DNA from: an uncultured Thermoplasmatales archaeon
GTDB lineage: Archaea > Thermoplasmatota > E2 > DHVEG-1
DNA length: 64,000 bases
Assembly: GCA_964636235.1 (NCBI GenBank)
Contig: CAZWQV010000001.1
Location: 13,022-77,021, forward strand
Reading direction: 5' to 3'
Shown here: positions 18,547 through 29,606 of the stretch, piece by piece
Layout of the letters: each line of letters starts with the position of its first letter
Position numbering within the stretch: position 1 is the stretch's first letter
The notes under the pieces: model-generated
Told to the model about the DNA's origin: nothing
The model's input: only the letters and a program-made list of their open reading frames with translations
Database searches by the model: none
Translations under genes and position numbers: made by a program

Positions 18547-19839
18547 ATGGTAACAGAATTGTGGGATTCAAAAATTGAAGCAATGAAACCTGATGAATTA
18601 AATAAATTACAGATGAAACGATTCAAGCATCTTATAAAACATGTTTATGAAAATAATGCTTTTTATAAGAAACGGTTAAAGGAAGTTGATGTCACTCCTT
18701 CTAATATTACATCAATGAAGGATATTGAAAAAATTCCATATCTAACAAAACAAGATCTTCGTGACTATTATCCTTTTGGTTTGGTTTGTACGGAATTAGA
18801 TGATATTATTGAGGTTCATGCAAGTTCTGGTACAACAGGTAAACCTGTGGTAGGACCTTACACTTTAAAAGATGTTGATTTATGGGGTGAGGTGATGGCC
18901 CGGTCATTGTATGCAAATGGAATGCGAAAGGGTGATCGGATGCAGAATTCCTATGGCTATGGTTTATTTACTGGAGCACATGGATTTGAAAAAGGTGCCC
19001 AAAAGATTGGTGCAATGGTCATCACGATCTCATCCGGAAATACACAACGTCAAATTAATGTGATGAAGGATTTTGAAAGTACTGTCCTTGCTTGTACTCC
19101 ATCATATTCTCTTTATATGGCTGAAGTAGCTGATGACATGGGTTATGATCCAGTAAATGATTTCAAATTAAACCTAGGAGTCTTTGGTGCTGAAGCATGG
19201 AGTGAGGAGATGCGAACTAATGTTGAGAAACGATGGGGAATTACTGCTCATGAACATTATGGCCTTACTGAAATTATTGGACCTGGAGTGGTGTCAGAAT
19301 GTAAAGAAAAGCATCTTCATATCAATGCAGATCATTTTTATCCTGAAATCATTGATCCAAAAACAGGGGAAACGTTAGGGCCTGGTGAAGAAGGAGAACT
19401 TGTGTTTACTACTCTGACAAAAGAGGCGTTTCCAGCTATTCGTTTTAGGACTAAAGATCTTGCTACTATCTCAGATGAAATCTGTAATTGTGGCAGAACC
19501 CTTCCCATTCAATCCAGAATTAAAGGTAGATCTGATGATATGATGAAAGTAAAAGGGGTTATTGTATTTCCTTCTCAAATTGAAGCAGGACTTATGCAAG
19601 TGGAAGGCGTGAGTGAATTTTATCAGATTATAAAATCCAAAAAAGGAGATATCACAGAGCTGTCTGTAGAAGTAGAACCAACAGAAGCACGCTGGAAAGA
19701 AGGAAAACTTGATGATTTTGAACAAAAAGCTCAAGATGAAATCTATAGTATTCTAAACTTACATGTACCAGTAAAAGCTATACAACCAAAGACAATTGAA
19801 CGAAGTACTGGTAAGGCAAAACGAGTCATTGAACGGTAA
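18547..19839 (+). CDS. paaK: Phenylacetate-CoA ligase family adenylate-forming enzyme (PaaK / F390-synthetase-like)
   Basis: 430 aa; AMP-binding SSGTTGKP motif, YGLTE, C-terminal PaaK-like domain. Confidence 0.75.
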   Translation: MVTELWDSKIEAMKPDELNKLQMKRFKHLIKHVYENNAFYKKRLKEVDVTPSNITSMKDIEKIPYLTKQDLRDYYPFGLVCTELDDIIEVHASSGTTGKPVVGPYTLKDVDLWGEVMARSLYANGMRKGDRMQNSYGYGLFTGAHGFEKGAQKIGAMVITISSGNTQRQINVMKDFESTVLACTPSYSLYMAEVADDMGYDPVNDFKLNLGVFGAEAWSEEMRTNVEKRWGITAHEHYGLTEIIGPGVVSECKEKHLHINADHFYPEIIDPKTGETLGPGEEGELVFTTLTKEAFPAIRFRTKDLATISDEICNCGRTLPIQSRIKGRSDDMMKVKGVIVFPSQIEAGLMQVEGVSEFYQIIKSKKGDITELSVEVEPTEARWKEGKLDDFEQKAQDEIYSILNLHVPVKAIQPKTIERSTGKAKRVIER

Positions 19840-19951
19840 AATATAAACATAAACAAAGAGACTTTAGATGAAATAGTAATTAAACATTAATGACAGAAAA
19901 TATAGTAAAATGTATTAATCATAATTTAATGACAGGGTCAGAGGTATTATC

Positions 19952-20623
19952 TTGAAAAAAGAAGACTTTATTTGGTTTGCGGCTTTAATTGGAATTATAG
20001 CCTTCTTAATATATCCAAATACAAACAAGATGTTTGTTGGTTTTACAACTAGCTATCCTTATATAGCCGGTTTTATAAAATTCGCCATACTGGCAACAAT
20101 GGGCGACCTTTTAGCCTACAGATTAGTTACAAGTGAATGGAAAATTAGAAAAGGATTCTTATTTAGATCATTTATATGGGGCTTTTTAGGAGTGGTAATC
20201 GTATTAATATTTGCTATTTTTGCAGCCGGTGTAACAGCTGCAATGGAAAAAGGATTGCTACCAGGTGCAGGTATTACTTTAGCATTTGCGTTTTTTACCA
20301 GTTTTATAGTGAATTTAACTTTTGCACCAACTATGATGGGGTTCCATAGAGTAACAGACACATATGCAGATATAAGATTTATTGAAGGTAAAAAGGATGT
20401 AAAATTGAATCAAGTATTAGATAAAGTTGATTGGAGTAATTTTGTTTCTTTTGTGGTATTAATAACAATTCCACTATTTTGGATACCTGCTCATACAATA
20501 ACATTCTCATTACCCGAAGAGTATAGAGTACTAATGGCTGCATTTTTATCAATTGCATTAGGTGCAATATTATCCTTTGCTAAAGCTAAAAATCAAAAAA
20601 AAAGATCAACTAAGACATCTTAA
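19952..20623 (+). CDS. Integral membrane protein of unknown function
   Basis: 223 aa; about six predicted TM segments; TTG start per ORF track. Confidence 0.4.
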   Translation: MKKEDFIWFAALIGIIAFLIYPNTNKMFVGFTTSYPYIAGFIKFAILATMGDLLAYRLVTSEWKIRKGFLFRSFIWGFLGVVIVLIFAIFAAGVTAAMEKGLLPGAGITLAFAFFTSFIVNLTFAPTMMGFHRVTDTYADIRFIEGKKDVKLNQVLDKVDWSNFVSFVVLITIPLFWIPAHTITFSLPEEYRVLMAAFLSIALGAILSFAKAKNQKKRSTKTS

Positions 20624-20710
20624 ATTACTTATAAGTCCATATAAAATGCTCTGGTTAATACTTCTATTGTGGTATGTTTAATCATGATTTCAGGAATTTA
20701 TTTTTCCTGA

Positions 20711-21487
20711 TTATTTTTCCTTTTTTAATATCAATTCTGCTACCTTTTTTCCAGATAATAACATGCCACCAAAAATTGGCCCCATACGTTGACTACCATA
20801 AACTGCATTTGCACACATACCCGTTACATAAAGACCAGGATAAGCTTCTTTTGTGTTTGCTACAACAGTTTTCTCACCAATGTCCGCGTTCATTGATTTT
20901 TCTTTTTCAATATTTCCACTTGGAGTATCAAGCGGACCACATTTCTCACGGACAATCTTACATACTTCTGAGGGATGGCCTGTCGCATCAATACAGTACT
21001 TTGCTCGTATGGTAAGAGGATCAACATGAAGGCCCGCAACTTCAACTGCACTCCAATTGATCACAAATCCATTAATATTATGCTTATCATCTAAAAGAAC
21101 GTCCTCAACGCTAATAGTATTGAAAATACGAACACCTGCATCTATTGCAGTACTGCAAAGCTTGGTAATTGCTTCAATAGAATCCGCACTATAATACCCA
21201 TTTTTTTCATCAGTAACTTTAATATGGGCCTCTTCTAAAAGTTTTTTAGATTCTTTTTGAACCACAATAACAGGAAACGTCATGCCTCCACCCCACATAC
21301 CACCACCAATACTTAATTTTCTTTCAAAAAGCACAACTTTTTTACCTGCTTTAGCTAGATATTTTGCAGCTACCAGCCCAGCGGGTCCTCCACCTGCTAT
21401 TGCAACATCAACATCAAAACTTTCTGAAAATTCTTTACTGAATCGTTGAAAAATTGTTTTTGTAACCATTACATCATCAATTTTCAT
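20711..21487 (-). CDS. thi4: Thiamine thiazole synthase (archaeal Thi4 type)
   Basis: 258 aa; [18 protein letters not shown] fold; length and motifs of archaeal Thi4. Confidence 0.85.
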   Translation of the reverse strand: MKIDDVMVTKTIFQRFSKEFSESFDVDVAIAGGGPAGLVAAKYLAKAGKKVVLFERKLSIGGGMWGGGMTFPVIVVQKESKKLLEEAHIKVTDEKNGYYSADSIEAITKLCSTAIDAGVRIFNTISVEDVLLDDKHNINGFVINWSAVEVAGLHVDPLTIRAKYCIDATGHPSEVCKIVREKCGPLDTPSGNIEKEKSMNADIGEKTVVANTKEAYPGLYVTGMCANAVYGSQRMGPIFGGMLLSGKKVAELILKKEK

Positions 21488-21557
21488 TTACTCCACCTAT
21501 AAGATGAAAACATGAAACAAGCATCCCTTATTAAACCATACTATCATACAATAAAAA

Positions 21558-22076
21558 GTGAATTCACATTTTATTTTTATGTTCATTAAACCTAATTTAT
21601 TTATATGTCATTATTACTGTGTACATTTTGTGTACCTTGTTCGTCATTTTCAACCAAAAGATACCTTTCCTGTTATTCATCTTGCCTCAAAAGTGTTAAC
21701 GGAACATTATGATTCAAGTCTTTTCTCCTATCTTTATGAAACCACACCTTGGGGATTTTGGGTTTGTGAACATAAACAAGAAATTATTGGATTTATTATT
21801 GGTATTCAGTTTCAAGAAAGAGTCGGAAGAATTTTAATGATCGGAATTGAAAAAGCATATCGGAAGAAGGGAATTGCTCAATCGTTGTTGAAACAAATAC
21901 TAATTGAATTTCAAAAACGATTCTTAACCACTATTGAACTTGAAGTAAAAACCACCAATACAAAAGCAATAAAATTTTATCAAAAAAACCAGTTTAAGAT
22001 TGAGGAAAAAATTCCTCATTTTTATCAAAATGGAGAAGATGCTTATCTTATGAAGCGAGTACTTCCAACCCATTGA
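21558..22076 (+). CDS. GNAT-family N-acetyltransferase (RimI-like)
   Basis: Acetyl-CoA binding motif (GIEKAYRKKGIAQSLL); true start probably internal (in-frame GTG near 21630). Confidence 0.6.
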   Translation: MNSHFIFMFIKPNLFICHYYCVHFVYLVRHFQPKDTFPVIHLASKVLTEHYDSSLFSYLYETTPWGFWVCEHKQEIIGFIIGIQFQERVGRILMIGIEKAYRKKGIAQSLLKQILIEFQKRFLTTIELEVKTTNTKAIKFYQKNQFKIEEKIPHFYQNGEDAYLMKRVLPTH

Positions 22077-22368
22077 TAAGATCTTTTTCTTTATCAGTCA
22101 TAAATCTTTCGGCCATCATCTCAAGTCTTGATGATATTTTATCAAGTCCCGTGAAATTATTTTTTGTTAATAAATCAGCAATCCCTTTACTTAATGTAAA
22201 AACTGCAAGTGTATGTTCCCGTTTAGATTTGTAGACTTGATAAGGAGTAACATTAAGAGTATTATAGACAATAAATTCTTCAATACCATCATTTCCTATT
22301 AAATCTTCTAAATGAGTTTTTAATTGTAATAAAAACGTGTGTAGCTGTATTAATTCATCCTTCTGCAT
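22048..22368 (-). CDS. Small conserved hypothetical protein
   Basis: 106-aa ORF; 29-nt convergent overlap with the GNAT gene; no recognisable catalytic motif. Confidence 0.35.
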   Translation of the reverse strand: MQKDELIQLHTFLLQLKTHLEDLIGNDGIEEFIVYNTLNVTPYQVYKSKREHTLAVFTLSKGIADLLTKNNFTGLDKISSRLEMMAERFMTDKEKDLINGLEVLAS

Positions 22369-22512
22369 ATTATTATTCCACCATCAAAATACCACATCTA
22401 AATAATAATCAAGGTTTTTATGACTTTCTACGAAGACTTATAAATATTAAAAAAAAAATTTCATTAAAAAAACAAATAAAAAATAAAAAAAAATGAAAAT
22501 GAAGGATTGATT

Positions 22513-23739
22513 TTATTTCTTTGTGACAACTTTCACTGATTTTGGTTGTTTCACAACATTTCCCATCTTCATACCGACAATTGTTTTCACATTTTTGTTA
22601 TGTGCAATATCGAGTAATCTCTGAGTTATGATACCATCAAAAACCACGGTCTCAATGTTTTTGCTCTTCTTCAGTTCATCAGTTAATTCACGAACTGGCA
22701 GTGTTTTGATTTCTTTATCTTTTGCATCAAGAAGTACTGCTTTTAAAGAACCAGAAACATCTTCTAAGATCGAAAAGTAATCCTTCTTTCCTTTATCATC
22801 AGATTTTTTTGATGAACTAGTTGATGAGGATTTTTTGGTTTCTTTTTCTTCTTTTGCAGGCTGGCCTTTTCGATCATTTTTTTCTTGATCGGTTCGTGAT
22901 TTCATCTCAATATCATACATTTCTGCATATTGTTCAGCAGGAATTTTATTTTTTAATGCTTTCATTACTAGTTTCTGTGGAATCTCCTCTACTTCTCTGG
23001 TCGGTGGTGCTCTTGAGACAAAATCAACATCCGCAGTTTGTAATAATTCTTTAAGAATCAGTTCTCCACCACGATCACCATCGACAAAAGCTGTGGTAAT
23101 TCTTTCCGTTGTAAGATCAGTTACCGTAGGGGGTATATTTGTTCCGCCACAAGCAATAACATTTTTAATTCCATATCTGAGAAGATTTAGTACATCTCTT
23201 CGTCCTTCAACGACGATGATTGCATCACTTTTTTCAATGTTTGGTCCTGCAGGACAATGATCGGGGCCATAATTGATAATTTCTTCGATTTGTACTGCTT
23301 GCCGCACATTATCAGCAATGCTAGAGCCCTCCATTTTACCTTCTTCAAGTACTTTATTAAGTAGTTCTTTTGCTCGCTCTATAACCATTTTTCTACGAGC
23401 AACTCGAACATCTTCTACTTCCTCAGCTGTGATAGTTGCTTTACAAGGACCTACCCGATCAATGCTTTCAAAAGCTGCTGCTAAAATAACTGTTTCAACT
23501 TTATCTAAAGAAGTGGGAAGTGTTATGCTTCCGGTACTTTTTCCGTTTTTTGATTCTAATTCTACTTCTATTCTACCTACTCGAGCAGATCTCTGTAATT
23601 CTCTCAAATCTAATTCATCACCAAGGAGCCCTTCGGTTTGCCCAAAAATGGCTCCAACGACATCGGATTTTTCAATAACACCATCCGCTCGAATTGTCGC
23701 TTTAATTAAATATTTTGTTGTAGCTGGATCTATAACCAT
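22513..23739 (-). CDS. dnaG: Archaeal DnaG-type primase (Toprim)
   Basis: Conserved archaeal DnaG N-terminus (DVVGAIFGQTEGLLGD) and Toprim core (IIVVEGRRD ... DGDRGG); start placed at MVIDPATTKY; Lys/Ser-rich tail. Confidence 0.85.
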   Translation of the reverse strand: MVIDPATTKYLIKATIRADGVIEKSDVVGAIFGQTEGLLGDELDLRELQRSARVGRIEVELESKNGKSTGSITLPTSLDKVETVILAAAFESIDRVGPCKATITAEEVEDVRVARRKMVIERAKELLNKVLEEGKMEGSSIADNVRQAVQIEEIINYGPDHCPAGPNIEKSDAIIVVEGRRDVLNLLRYGIKNVIACGGTNIPPTVTDLTTERITTAFVDGDRGGELILKELLQTADVDFVSRAPPTREVEEIPQKLVMKALKNKIPAEQYAEMYDIEMKSRTDQEKNDRKGQPAKEEKETKKSSSTSSSKKSDDKGKKDYFSILEDVSGSLKAVLLDAKDKEIKTLPVRELTDELKKSKNIETVVFDGIITQRLLDIAHNKNVKTIVGMKMGNVVKQPKSVKVVTKK

Positions 23740-24027
23740 TATTATCAACCTCGATTTTAATATGTTGAAGATTTTTTGAAAAATAGCACATTCCACTAGT
23801 CCATAATATAGTGGGATGAATATTTCTGAATATCAAATACCTGAAACTTAACGAGTATTTGGATCATGTTTATGAAATTGAATCAATTATGAGTAAAGTA
23901 ACAAACAATTATTGAATGTTACGTAAGTGCTATTCTTCAATTGACACTATATGGCATAGTGCATATGTTTATTAGTTTTGCGCCATATTTAAATGTTACC
24001 CTTTTATTTCCCCTTGTGGATTGACAA

Positions 24028-26163
24028 ATGACTGAAAAAATATATATTGGTGTCGCTTGGCCATATGCAAATGGATCATTACATTTAGGTCATATCGCGG
24101 GTTGTTACCTTCCTGCAGATATTTTCGCACGCTTTAATCGATTAATCGGAAATGATGTATTGATGGTCTCAGGAAGTGATGAACATGGAACACCAATCAC
24201 GATCAGTGCAGAAAATGAAGGAATATCACCCCAGGATTTTGTTGATAAATATAATAAAGAACATACTGAGAATATGAAGCAACTTGGTATTTCATTTGAT
24301 TTGTTTACTCGGACAACAACTGACAATCATTATCATGTTGTTCAAGATATTTTTAAAACATTGTATGAAAAAAATCATATCTATGAAAAAGAGGTAGAAT
24401 CATTTTATTGTCACAATTGCAATCGATTCTTACCAGATAGATATATTGAGGGTAGTTGTCCAGAATGTAATAATTTACAGGCTAGAGGTGATCAATGCGA
24501 TGAATGTGGTCATTTGTTGGACCCTCAGGATTTATTAGATGTCCGTTGTAAATTATGTAATTCTACACCGGAGTTACGGAAAACAACGCATTTATTTTTT
24601 GCATTAAATCATTTTGAATCTAAATTAATTGATTGGATGAAAGATAAAACTTATTGGAAATCAAGTGTACATAAATTTACAGAAAATTGGCTGAAAGATG
24701 GGTTGCATGAAAGAGCTATAACAAGGGATATAAATTGGGGTATTCCAGTTCCTGTTGATGGATATGAGGACAAACGAATTTATGTCTGGTTTGATGCTGT
24801 TATCGGCTATCTTTCTGCAAGTATCGAATGGAGTTCTTATCAGGAAAATAAGGAGAAATGGAAAGAATGGTGGTATAATACAAAAGCAAAACATTATTAT
24901 TTTTTAGCCAAGGATAATATTCCCTTTCATTCCATCATATGGCCTTCTATCTTGATGGGATATAAAGATGAACTACAATTACCCTATGATATTCCTGCTA
25001 ATGAATATTTGCGACTACAGGGTCAACAATTTTCTAAAAGTAAAGGATTGGGTATCTGGGTTCCAGATATTGTAAAAAAATATGATGTTGATGCTATCCG
25101 TTATTATCTATCAATTAATATGCCAGAAAACAAAGATGCAAATTGGTCGTGGGATGATTTTGTCGTTAAAAATAATGATGAATTAGTAGGCACATTTGGT
25201 AATTTCATACATCGAGTATTAACGTTTACTCAAAAGAATTTTGGTATGATACCCGAAGCTGGATTATATGATGAAAGCGATGAAAAAATCATTAAAGAAA
25301 TTGAAAAAACCATGGATGCTGTAAAAGAATCATTATCACATTGTCAGTTCAAACAAGGATTAAAAGAAGTGATGAATTTAGCCAAAATAGGCAATGTCTA
25401 TTTTAATGAAAAAGCACCTTGGAAACAAATAAAAGAAAATGAAATGGCATGTAAGACCACATTGCATGTATGCCTAAGAATAGTTAAATGCCTCAGTATC
25501 TGTATTGCTCCATACTTACCATTTACTTCAGAAAAACTATGGCAATTATTGGGAGAAGATATATCTTTTTCAAATGCTTCTTGGGATGATGCAAAAAAGC
25601 CTCTTAAAAGTAATTATAAAATTGAAAAACCAAAACCATTATTTACAAAGCTTTCATTGGAGGAGATCATGCCAGAAATTGATCCATTCTCAAAATTAGA
25701 CTTACGTGTCGCAGAGATTAATGAAGTGAAAGATCATCCAAATGCAGATAAATTATATCTGATTAATATCGATATAGGAGCTCTTGGAAAACGAGAAATA
25801 GTTGCAGGATTAAAAAAACATTATCAACCCGATGAATTAGTGGGCAAAAAGATTATTATCGTTTCAAATCTAGAACCTGCAACAATAAGAGGAATTAAAT
25901 CAAGTGGTATGCTTCTTGCTGCATCTGATAAACAGGGAACTGTATCTTTACTAAATCCTCTTGATGCTAAGCCAGGAAGCATCATCACCATAAAAGATAT
26001 ACCACATATGCCTGAAAAAATATTGCCATTTGACAAATTTTTAGAGGTAAAATTAACGGTTAACAATGAACAAAAAGTAATTTATGAACAAAGAAAGCTT
26101 TTTTCTGAAGGAGGCGAAGTAACCACCGATAAGCCTGTTGAAGAACATGCAGAAATTCATTAA
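24028..26163 (+). CDS. metG: Methionyl-tRNA synthetase with C-terminal tRNA-binding (EMAP-like) domain
   Basis: HIGH (ANGSLHLGH), KMSKS-type (FSKSKG), two CxxC zinc knuckles, C-terminal OB-fold tRNA-binding domain. Confidence 0.92.
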   Translation: MTEKIYIGVAWPYANGSLHLGHIAGCYLPADIFARFNRLIGNDVLMVSGSDEHGTPITISAENEGISPQDFVDKYNKEHTENMKQLGISFDLFTRTTTDNHYHVVQDIFKTLYEKNHIYEKEVESFYCHNCNRFLPDRYIEGSCPECNNLQARGDQCDECGHLLDPQDLLDVRCKLCNSTPELRKTTHLFFALNHFESKLIDWMKDKTYWKSSVHKFTENWLKDGLHERAITRDINWGIPVPVDGYEDKRIYVWFDAVIGYLSASIEWSSYQENKEKWKEWWYNTKAKHYYFLAKDNIPFHSIIWPSILMGYKDELQLPYDIPANEYLRLQGQQFSKSKGLGIWVPDIVKKYDVDAIRYYLSINMPENKDANWSWDDFVVKNNDELVGTFGNFIHRVLTFTQKNFGMIPEAGLYDESDEKIIKEIEKTMDAVKESLSHCQFKQGLKEVMNLAKIGNVYFNEKAPWKQIKENEMACKTTLHVCLRIVKCLSICIAPYLPFTSEKLWQLLGEDISFSNASWDDAKKPLKSNYKIEKPKPLFTKLSLEEIMPEIDPFSKLDLRVAEINEVKDHPNADKLYLINIDIGALGKREIVAGLKKHYQPDELVGKKIIIVSNLEPATIRGIKSSGMLLAASDKQGTVSLLNPLDAKPGSIITIKDIPHMPEKILPFDKFLEVKLTVNNEQKVIYEQRKLFSEGGEVTTDKPVEEHAEIH

Positions 26164-26175
26164 GGATGTGAAAAA

Positions 26176-27072
26176 ATGAGTATTGTAACAGAGGCTAAAC
26201 TACCATTTAAGGTCTTTAAAAAAGGAAAAGTACGAGATATCTATGATGTTGGTGATCAACTTCTCTTAATTGTTACTGATCGAATATCAGCATTTGATTG
26301 GGTGCTTCATGAACCTATACCTTATAAGGGAATTTGTTTAACCCAGATTTCAGCATTTTGGTTTGACTATTTTAAAGAATTGATTCCTAATCATATGGTA
26401 AGTGCATCGGTTGATGATTTTCCAGCAGAGTTTCAATCATATAAGAAAGAACTTTTTGGACGAAGTATGTTAGTAAAAAAAGCTGAAGTTCTACCGATTG
26501 AATGTATTGTCAGAGGATATATTTCAGGTTCTGCATGGAAATCATATAAAAAAGATCAAACCGTGTGTGGTATGAAACTACCCAGTGGTTTAAAAGAGTC
26601 TGATCAATTTGATGAACCTTTATTTACTCCTTCAACAAAAGCAGAAACGGGTCATGATGAGAACATTTCTTATGAAGAAATGGCATCTATTATTGGTGAA
26701 GAGGACGCAGCAAAACTTCGCGATTTATCACTGCAAATTTACAAGACTGCAACTTCATATGCAAGGAAAAAGGGTATAATTATTGCCGATACAAAATTTG
26801 AATTTGGAAAAATCGGTAATCAAATCATTCTTGTTGATGAAGTTTTAACACCGGATTCTTCACGTTTTTGGCCAGCAGATGAGTATCAACCGGGGAAAAG
26901 TCAATCTAGTTTTGATAAACAATTCGTCAGGGATTATTTATCTAGTACTGGATGGGATAAGAATTCATCACCACCACATCTTCCAGATGAAGTGATTAAC
27001 GGAACTAAGGATAGATACTTAGAAGCATATGAAAAATTAACGGGAAGAAAACTTATTGTTGATTCCTATTAA
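26176..27072 (+). CDS. purC: SAICAR synthetase
   Basis: 298 aa; GKVRDIYDV and LIVTDRISAFD signature. Confidence 0.9.
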   Translation: MSIVTEAKLPFKVFKKGKVRDIYDVGDQLLLIVTDRISAFDWVLHEPIPYKGICLTQISAFWFDYFKELIPNHMVSASVDDFPAEFQSYKKELFGRSMLVKKAEVLPIECIVRGYISGSAWKSYKKDQTVCGMKLPSGLKESDQFDEPLFTPSTKAETGHDENISYEEMASIIGEEDAAKLRDLSLQIYKTATSYARKKGIIIADTKFEFGKIGNQIILVDEVLTPDSSRFWPADEYQPGKSQSSFDKQFVRDYLSSTGWDKNSSPPHLPDEVINGTKDRYLEAYEKLTGRKLIVDSY

Positions 27073-28571
27073 CTAATGGTAATCATCTGAGTTGTTTCTT
27101 TGGGAATGGTCCCAGTTACATAAACAGCGGCCATCTCATCTTTTTCTCGTATCTGTTTAATTTCTCCATAGTTAACCGTATATGAATTGTTAGGTACAAT
27201 AAACTCTTTCATAAAGGAGATATTTGTTTCCAAATCATTTTCAACTGTAACTGAGTATTGATTTATTGATGATTGATTAATTCTATAAGATGGAATTGAA
27301 TATTTTGGTTCTTTATAATTAATCGATTGTATCTGTCCATCCGCAATCTTAATCATTCGATATCCCCAATATCCTTGATCATCGTCAACACTACTTGCGG
27401 CTGTGGTTGTGGTAATAAAATAGGTATTATTCTGTATTGTTACATCATCATAATGCACATGGCCTGCAAGAACCATATCTATCTGATATTGATTAATCAA
27501 GGAAAGAAGATGCTCTCTTCCATAATATCCATTCTTCAGTAATGAGTCTGAGGTGGTATCCCATAAAGGATTATGATGAAGCATCATTGAGAGCATAGGG
27601 GAACTCTTATGTTTTGTTAGATCTTGCTCAATCCATTGTGCTTGCTCTTCTCGAATAGATCCGCCCCAATTGAATACAAGATATGAAAAACCAAATCTAG
27701 CAATTTTTGGCCAATCATATGAATTTAAGGAAAGAAAATGATTATTTCCATAATCAAATGAATAATAGAGCGGGCCAAAATAATATTGCCAAAATTTTAA
27801 TCCATCTTGAAATGTTTGGATATACCCATCATGATTACCGGGGGCAAGATAAGTTGGTACTTGAAACTCTTGCAAGATATCATAACAGAGTCTATATTCA
27901 TGACTATATTCAAATGGATATGCTTGGCCAAATGTTAAATCCCCAGTAATAATGACAAAATCAGGATGAAGTAAATTTATTTCCTCTATTACTTTATGAG
28001 CTGCCTTCCACCCAATTGTTTCTTTTGGATTCTCTGCTAGTCCTCTAGGATCACCAATATGAAAATCAGCAATTTGGATGAATGTATAGGTATCATCAAT
28101 GGTTTGTTGTACATTTACTGCTCGGGGTCTTGTTTGAATGTATTGATTTTCTTCAGCTTCTAAGCTAATAGTGAGATTATATAGTTCTTCGCTAACATTA
28201 GAAGGTATTGAAACAGTTATATAAAAAATATTATTTTCGTTTTTGAAATCATCAACTGATAGAATATAATTATCTGGAAGAGGATCATATGCAGTCTGCA
28301 AAGAAACAGATAGAGTTTCAAATACAGGTGATTGTAGCTGTATGATAAATGATTGTCCAGGTTCAGCTATTACAGGTATTGCAGAGCGGGGATAAAGTAT
28401 TGTAAAATTCTGATCTTCAAATATCTTTTGATAAGAGGGTGAAATTGAAATGGAGATGGTTTGATTGATAAAATCTTCCTGCTTTATCATAGTTGCTGAT
28501 AATAATGGTGTGGTTAGGAGAATGACTGTTAATAATACTATTTGCACATTGCATAATGGATTTATTTTCAA
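27069..28571 (-). CDS. Secreted calcineurin-like metallophosphoesterase
   Basis: Signal peptide; motifs GDPRG/DxH, GDLTFGQ, GNHDG, GHVHY. Confidence 0.6.
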   Translation of the reverse strand: MKINPLCNVQIVLLTVILLTTPLLSATMIKQEDFINQTISISISPSYQKIFEDQNFTILYPRSAIPVIAEPGQSFIIQLQSPVFETLSVSLQTAYDPLPDNYILSVDDFKNENNIFYITVSIPSNVSEELYNLTISLEAEENQYIQTRPRAVNVQQTIDDTYTFIQIADFHIGDPRGLAENPKETIGWKAAHKVIEEINLLHPDFVIITGDLTFGQAYPFEYSHEYRLCYDILQEFQVPTYLAPGNHDGYIQTFQDGLKFWQYYFGPLYYSFDYGNNHFLSLNSYDWPKIARFGFSYLVFNWGGSIREEQAQWIEQDLTKHKSSPMLSMMLHHNPLWDTTSDSLLKNGYYGREHLLSLINQYQIDMVLAGHVHYDDVTIQNNTYFITTTTAASSVDDDQGYWGYRMIKIADGQIQSINYKEPKYSIPSYRINQSSINQYSVTVENDLETNISFMKEFIVPNNSYTVNYGEIKQIREKDEMAAVYVTGTIPKETTQMITIS

Positions 28572-28683
28572 TGGTATACCACCATGAATAATATGATTAA
28601 CACATTTTTATAATTTATTATATTATAAATATTATGTTTTTAAATTATGAAGAAAGTTGTGAATCTTAATAATACCTGTTGTT

Positions 28684-29520
28684 TTATCCTTCTTGGACTG
28701 GGACTCTCCAATCAAGTCCAGGAGTTCGTAGTCCAATTTTTGGGATTAATGAAAGACGACGTTTATGTTGACTTGATTTTCTAAGTTGATGAATACGATT
28801 GACATCTTCGATGGAAACAGATACTTGTTGGGCAATCTTCTGCTGAGAGAGTTTACATTCCAAACCATATAATATCTGATCAAGTTGTTCATACTTTAAT
28901 CGTAGCTCTTTTTCATCAGTCTGTCCTTTCCATAATCCTGCAGTTGGAGGCTTTTTGATTATTTCTGAGGGTATATCTAAGTATCGGGCAAGTTCAAAAA
29001 CCTGTGTTTTATAGATATCTCCCAAGGGCATGATATCTACACCACCATCACCATATTTTGTGAAATACCCAATTAACAACTCTGATTTATTAGATGTACC
29101 ACATACCAAACTTTTAGTTTTATTGGCATAAGAGTATAGTAACACCATTCTCAATCGTGCCTTAATATTTGCCTTTGTTAGTTGATCTATATCAACATCC
29201 ATTGTATGAACCACAGAATCAACTAAATCTGAAATTTCAATGGTTTGGCATGATAAATGAAACCGATCCACTAATGTTTTAACATGTTCCCTATCTGATT
29301 GTGGAGTAGCCTTTTCAGGTAAAAAAAGGCAGTGAGTATTTTTTAACTCTGGCATCTGTTTGCATATAACAGCCATTACCGCAGAATCAACTCCCCCAGA
29401 AAGACCTAATACAACCGAATTGACATGAGCAGATTCAACATATGATTTAATAAAAGATTTTAAAATGATAATGGCATTTTCGGAATCAAAACTTGGTTTT
29501 AATGAAATAACATCACCTTT
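28684..29520 (-). CDS. nadE: NH3-dependent NAD+ synthetase
   Basis: GLSGGVDS PP-loop; conserved N-terminal LKPSFD block lies upstream of the first ATG (29376) and the frame is open back to a TAA (complement of 29521-29523), so the start codon is uncertain/non-canonical. Confidence 0.8.
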   Translation of the reverse strand, partial: KGDVISLKPSFDSENAIIILKSFIKSYVESAHVNSVVLGLSGGVDSAVMAVICKQMPELKNTHCLFLPEKATPQSDREHVKTLVDRFHLSCQTIEISDLVDSVVHTMDVDIDQLTKANIKARLRMVLLYSYANKTKSLVCGTSNKSELLIGYFTKYGDGGVDIMPLGDIYKTQVFELARYLDIPSEIIKKPPTAGLWKGQTDEKELRLKYEQLDQILYGLECKLSQQKIAQQVSVSIEDVNRIHQLRKSSQHKRRLSLIPKIGLRTPGLDWRVPVQEG

Positions 29521-29606
29521 TTATCTGCAACATTCATCAGATTAAAGAATTTGCGAATTCAAAAGTAAATACTAATAATGATATTTTATTATAATGGTTC
29601 TCATCT

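Noticed and set aside
22048-22076. 29-nt convergent overlap between the GNAT acetyltransferase and the small hypothetical ORF on the minus strand
   Set aside because: Could be a real overlap, but more likely one of the two ORFs (the weakly supported 106-aa one, or the GNAT C-terminus) is mis-delimited; no functional inference made.
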